In this document: piece after piece, positions 26,201 to 26,845 of the stretch | Layout of the letters: every line of letters begins with the position of its first letter | Numbering within the stretch: the first letter of the stretch is position 1 | DNA from: a virus | Lineage: Duplodnaviria > Caudoviricetes | IMG/VR virus record: IMGVR_UViG_3300032116_001119 | Coordinates: 1-26,845 of that record | Length of the DNA: 26,845 nucleotides | Reading direction: 5' to 3' (one strand) | The notes under the pieces: model-generated | The model's database searches: none | The model's input: the letters and a program-made list of their open reading frames with translations, nothing else | Told to the model about the DNA's origin: nothing | Position numbers and translations under genes: made by a program

Positions 26201-26845
26201 ACTGCTGGGCTTCAACACGGGCGAGGAACTGCTCGCCGCGCTGGCAGAGATCGGCAACCGCGAGCGGTTCATCCAGGCCGAGACGGATCGCCGGATGGCG
26301 GCAGAGTTTGGCGACCCCTACAAGGACGGCACGTTTGCCGAGGCGGCGCGTCAGGCTGCTGAGAGCGAGGTCAAGGCCCGCGCGGCCGAGATCGAACTGG
26401 AAGCGCTGGCGAGGGCCGTGGGCGAGTCTGCTGCGTCGAAGATGGCGAAGCAGATGGCTGAGGAATCGCTTGCTCTGATGACCGTCAAGGAACTGGCGGG
26501 CTGGACGAAGTTCCTCGACGCCGAGCGCCGGCATGGCCGGAACGCTCTGGCTGCCACGAAGAAGGGCGACATGGTGGAGGCCATGCTGCACAAGCGCCGG
26601 CAGCTCGTGTCGATGCACCTTGCCCGGGCGGCCCGCGAGAAGTCCGAAGCGCTCGAGAAGACGCGCAAGGACCTGATGAGCTATCTCACGTCCAAGGGGC
26701 GCCGGGACAAGATCGATAGGGGGTATTTGGATAAGATCGAGGCGCTGCTGGACAGCTACGAACTGCGCGTCTCGAAGCAGGGACCAGGCACCCAGCGCGC
26801 TCGCTTGTCTGCCAAGCAGTATGTCGAGCAGATGATCGCGGACGG
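17277..26845 (+). CDS. Giant polyvalent ejection protein (>3189 aa, 3' partial; T7 gp16 position)
   Basis: ATG 17277; the same frame is open to the window end. Contains YHGT ART-like (19464), HELQH (20331), HEGAH (21726), HDAFGH (23862) and HN...EYFEAK (24192-25376) modules. Confidence 0.93.
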   Translation, partial: MADGSNYTLTEEEIRAASERLKAQEDERRSYRQKSWDMTQPPPDQAAEALALGGKFGVPRQAVEADPDYWRRRDKEAQDALMRSASPRVMAWMDNADNYAVAKDDVSLWSDIERGFGDMGRALAENPAGALVKTGNNLRSAVRSGWLSMNSTTADIDREQLEKAAAYYDAYDEWKSREDQRKAEGKGGWLNRIAMQPITPRLYLPGDSDPMPQPSDRLIREAMKPGQASWQKVLGIPGAEYRNDPATAINAIRPMIEDAMRDAVRVSQEKDAAADAAMPQTGNFVADNLLAGIRSLTEMAPLVASAIATRGKTVPAAVMGGQVYYNEFSRGRDAELDLSDSTNRALLQAGVETISERISLGIIDDMLKSDRGIVQRFVGGMIAEQGQEQIATMGSRLVDWAYLDSDKTLDQFLAETPRSMVQTSLATFVASAGMQGTFLAVDAITQGLAKESVFIQPSANEKRLSTLIDKVSGAKLSTRSPEKAAELAGRLTEGTDLETVTVDLDGVASALQQAGIDPAEALSALGVTEEQLAQKYERFGEIEVSTATLITSPLMRENRQLVEPHVRAGSDQYTPAKKEALRTEFDAEVKDGVARIQEAIDGGRALVEKEQAVVDRVRERLSGSGMFPERVMLDKQVAIQAATVNTFAKRLGVDPVEFYEQHFPKIQGSIDGMVMEENALEQARTEGYEGEDRGEAVSWLAAKRKGLDMSVEGRMARAKEMGFDTETVLYHGTDKAGFDSFDVNAPESARSEGEEAVFLTNNPTKASTFAGIKNQSIMPLYVRGRIKTLSAEDVPELEIADGTGQMAYHSKTFSRILAQAKAEGFDGVRFKNVNEGAVGDQIAIFDPSNIRSVHAAFDPDNAGSANLLDQLIGSKAKSADKAILNRAKAMAKEKVKNDKGKKVPKYTRQQIWDETAKLGQPWYQDDNGDWISEIEDGTIVVKDAKGPLSEVIEFPSLYAEYPALTKMKADTRSKVKVQEEGGKDLPGTKGVFTPNPFLFGAHVRISDRGKNSREYTVTHELQHAVDHLENREMGRNKPYLLKDTERRAFNTMYRRLWTMEERIATPPWKTEQEAIDWMMGQRDLNADAAKFAKDGTFDPGSTIRPPEQTMPKTREDENVPTGARERDLAMPKELVRGIHYGDRVPRADLKTYAPPAGLLGRTFLSIRDLMRSAAKNERIAEVLTGLQSPAKGEYVFRADLPKGTTGYETIRTKIKIGANFEPIAMIGEGSQQADERVRSLMQAIGATPEEAEVLRIAIARDMEGPDAVLKSLDQMVKNRPDLINNQDVGRLRDMARGMLKTLGEPETRYTVPRTKAEEAKEAKRLEVALADKLLDMDKTIDQQPANVRTFFEEMIAEQQSRPDLIAGGYDYTQPGYFDGMTAGALMRSLAEAQFSESGIRDPMIAMIQRLRAAGIVGARYVPGGVNTAEDAPPQTQSIVIFDERAPVLLTDQSGNLMQERRGQFSPDTNTVTLFEQSDVTTMLHEGAHWYLDLVEKMAKAPDPHPFVVEQYQAVQKWYEGVKSTPALKAARLNYRIQQQGSSFVLYEKDGAKEKLRGRFASQAEAEARIDWIEMHETWAETFEVYVYTGKAPSEALRSTFIAFKDWITKLWKRLYGNGQPARANLNPEVIAIMDRMLAVDEEIDAAVADVFIPFEAQAKALRAQGALTQKEYERALANMDDAREKAKEDFGARVMADKMREDEAWWNTEKRRVRGDVVRELDRSPIGRALSWLGYGQWKGDVPVGETEQQDDGAEFYQSIRAATRMPMPEVDAWVRDNVSANIQTFQNGDESMMMQWPLTEDPDAPTVLMSIRLNRKGRADVNLFLDNKMADALENVEDVNERRMLATEMFSQAVMVMRQYAAETPDLKAFNFIAAESQAEGTKAKSREELYRFMLSTLKLDGYTAYEVTGQMSVVREEGGAKMADPLFTPGSSFVLVKDGVDANEFARTEILRGSQRGGSAGEVVTALKAVQLTRPARGGMGRGGREAGGPDTGGVVGDQNALNQLGPQRSGDRGRRDQGRRFAPLAGAPNVQGASGPDQRLVQVAESYAQAQGLDLRRQAEYARVDPERAARIAQAYEDMQHAPNDPAVRAAYEDLIRQTIEQYRALEAAGYRFWFFDETIDPYEGNPWNAMRDLRANQRMGVFSTVGGFGSGATDLNVEDNPMLAETGIEWPVGSLDGEMRPVLANDLFRAVHDAFGHGLEGAGFRAQGEENAWQAHVRLFTGPAVGAITSETRGQNSWLNFGPYGEANRTAAVEDTVFADQKTGLMPEWTWTEGRVPDMDDGVVDNSLGQQGAEQKTLFVAHNTSEEKLRKTLELGGFPMPSLAVARTDKGGFPSFGEITFLADPKLLDESDVTAYDADIYSPTVPEKYPKVSPEKAGAFVKKAKALIPEGAMIPEYLGYDETDRDLPRTLMNSELVQLAYLSEQGKAPKLKKLKVAKEVKAALKTEYESPERAAFALAYYTRLDQELNAARAEKGIEPTNIWVEDDGSISYRNQRNFDDLISEAKRSPFDQKAYKSELYNRTMGSLVAREKFAKYTAELAGEITESYRIFKGFTYSGNRKWVPFNLENVMAEMRKDLREGNHDSFGGTGSIRARVGTTAMPKMKDVQRNRDRIVSEDEMRAIKDRQSERFMELANDIAKYYKFAATGLRYYDAAAEAIALGPKEWRESFAAEALPAIRAYVEELKALPTEYFEAKANRVMQLGDFAAAVVPRNVSPDILQAIRAAGVDVRFYKRGDEADRLRAVQQMEGLLFQPGDPKGWGETAPPPDLPPMRLDLEATERLYGKEAVAKLPKAIRDRGRDQTSIDSMFAIARATAKTLRRKPPKSLFQFIRSRKARTVEGKTVPVKQWGIRGAADELKAMDRADLINEENGIHIDYMRELAEEAGYLSEGSTVNDMLNAIDREARGEPVYSSQDQNEVLDYQNAEEWANWFDEQGVDITEKDEKALRAKLAKVVTSTAADAVTPDQAAELLGFNTGEELLAALAEIGNRERFIQAETDRRMAAEFGDPYKDGTFAEAARQAAESEVKARAAEIELEALARAVGESAASKMAKQMAEESLALMTVKELAGWTKFLDAERRHGRNALAATKKGDMVEAMLHKRRQLVSMHLARAAREKSEALEKTRKDLMSYLTSKGRRDKIDRGYLDKIEALLDSYELRVSKQGPGTQRARLSAKQYVEQMIAD
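23110..23271 (+). CDS. Putative overprinted 53 aa ORF in the +1 frame of the giant gene
   Basis: GGAG 23097-23100; 3' half uses typical codons (GTG GAG GAA TGG GCC GAG GAG GAC GTG AAG CTG GCG GAC CTG). Confidence 0.45.
   Translation: MSSPAPKFFAALREGAVPEKSSQPSRPSSSLVPPVEEWAEEDVKLADLILAAL
23281..23445 (+). CDS. Putative overprinted 54 aa ORF in the +1 frame of the giant gene
   Basis: AGGAG 23270-23274, 6 nt before ATG; MRLTNWDPNAPETEEDGIKAEGLRRLRVRQMSKAPAAQTKGLSKSRKATRKPKA. Confidence 0.5.
   Translation: MRLTNWDPNAPETEEDGIKAEGLRRLRVRQMSKAPAAQTKGLSKSRKATRKPKA

Larger units (their letters stand above)
1..26845 (+). mobile_element. Podovirus-type phage/prophage segment (packaging, head, short tail and ejection modules)
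   Basis: Co-oriented terS-terL-portal-scaffold-capsid-adaptor-nozzle-internal virion gene order. No tail tube, sheath or tape measure genes. No host genes, integrase or att site visible, so free phage versus prophage cannot be decided. Confidence 0.95.

Noticed and set aside
17379-26845. Apparent gene-poor or pseudogene region suggested by the ORF track
   Set aside because: Artefact: one frame is open from 17277 to the window end and was not listed for lack of a stop codon.
1-26845. Diversity-generating retroelement, integrase, tRNA, lysis genes or shared late-promoter motif
   Set aside because: Despite the BPP-1-like gene order, I saw no reverse transcriptase, TR/VR pair, tRNA, integrase or lysin, and no convincing common motif among the intergenic gaps.

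Overview
The whole window is one contiguous, entirely + strand segment of a GC-rich short-tailed (podovirus-type, T7/BPP-1-like head-tail gene order) phage or prophage, probably of an alphaproteobacterial host. From left to right: a chain of small translationally coupled genes ending in a double-HTH regulator; terminase small and large subunits; portal; scaffold; major capsid; tail adaptor; a tail nozzle gene split in two; a GNAT-like gene; two internal virion (ejection) genes; and a giant ORF from 17277 that runs off the window (>3189 aa). The ORF track omits the giant ORF because it has no stop codon here. I translated it by hand. It reads as a polyvalent protein: a helical ejection-protein scaffold carrying ADP-ribosyltransferase-like, HExxH and HDxxGH modules. 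The most notable signals are (i) a recurring N-x-L-x-Q-like motif at the module junctions, suggesting an injected, proteolytically processed effector polyprotein; (ii) two small overprinted +1-frame genes with ribosome binding sites inside the giant gene; (iii) two compact structured-RNA candidates, one upstream of the terminase operon and one upstream of the capsid gene. All family assignments come from motif recognition and synteny, not database searches.
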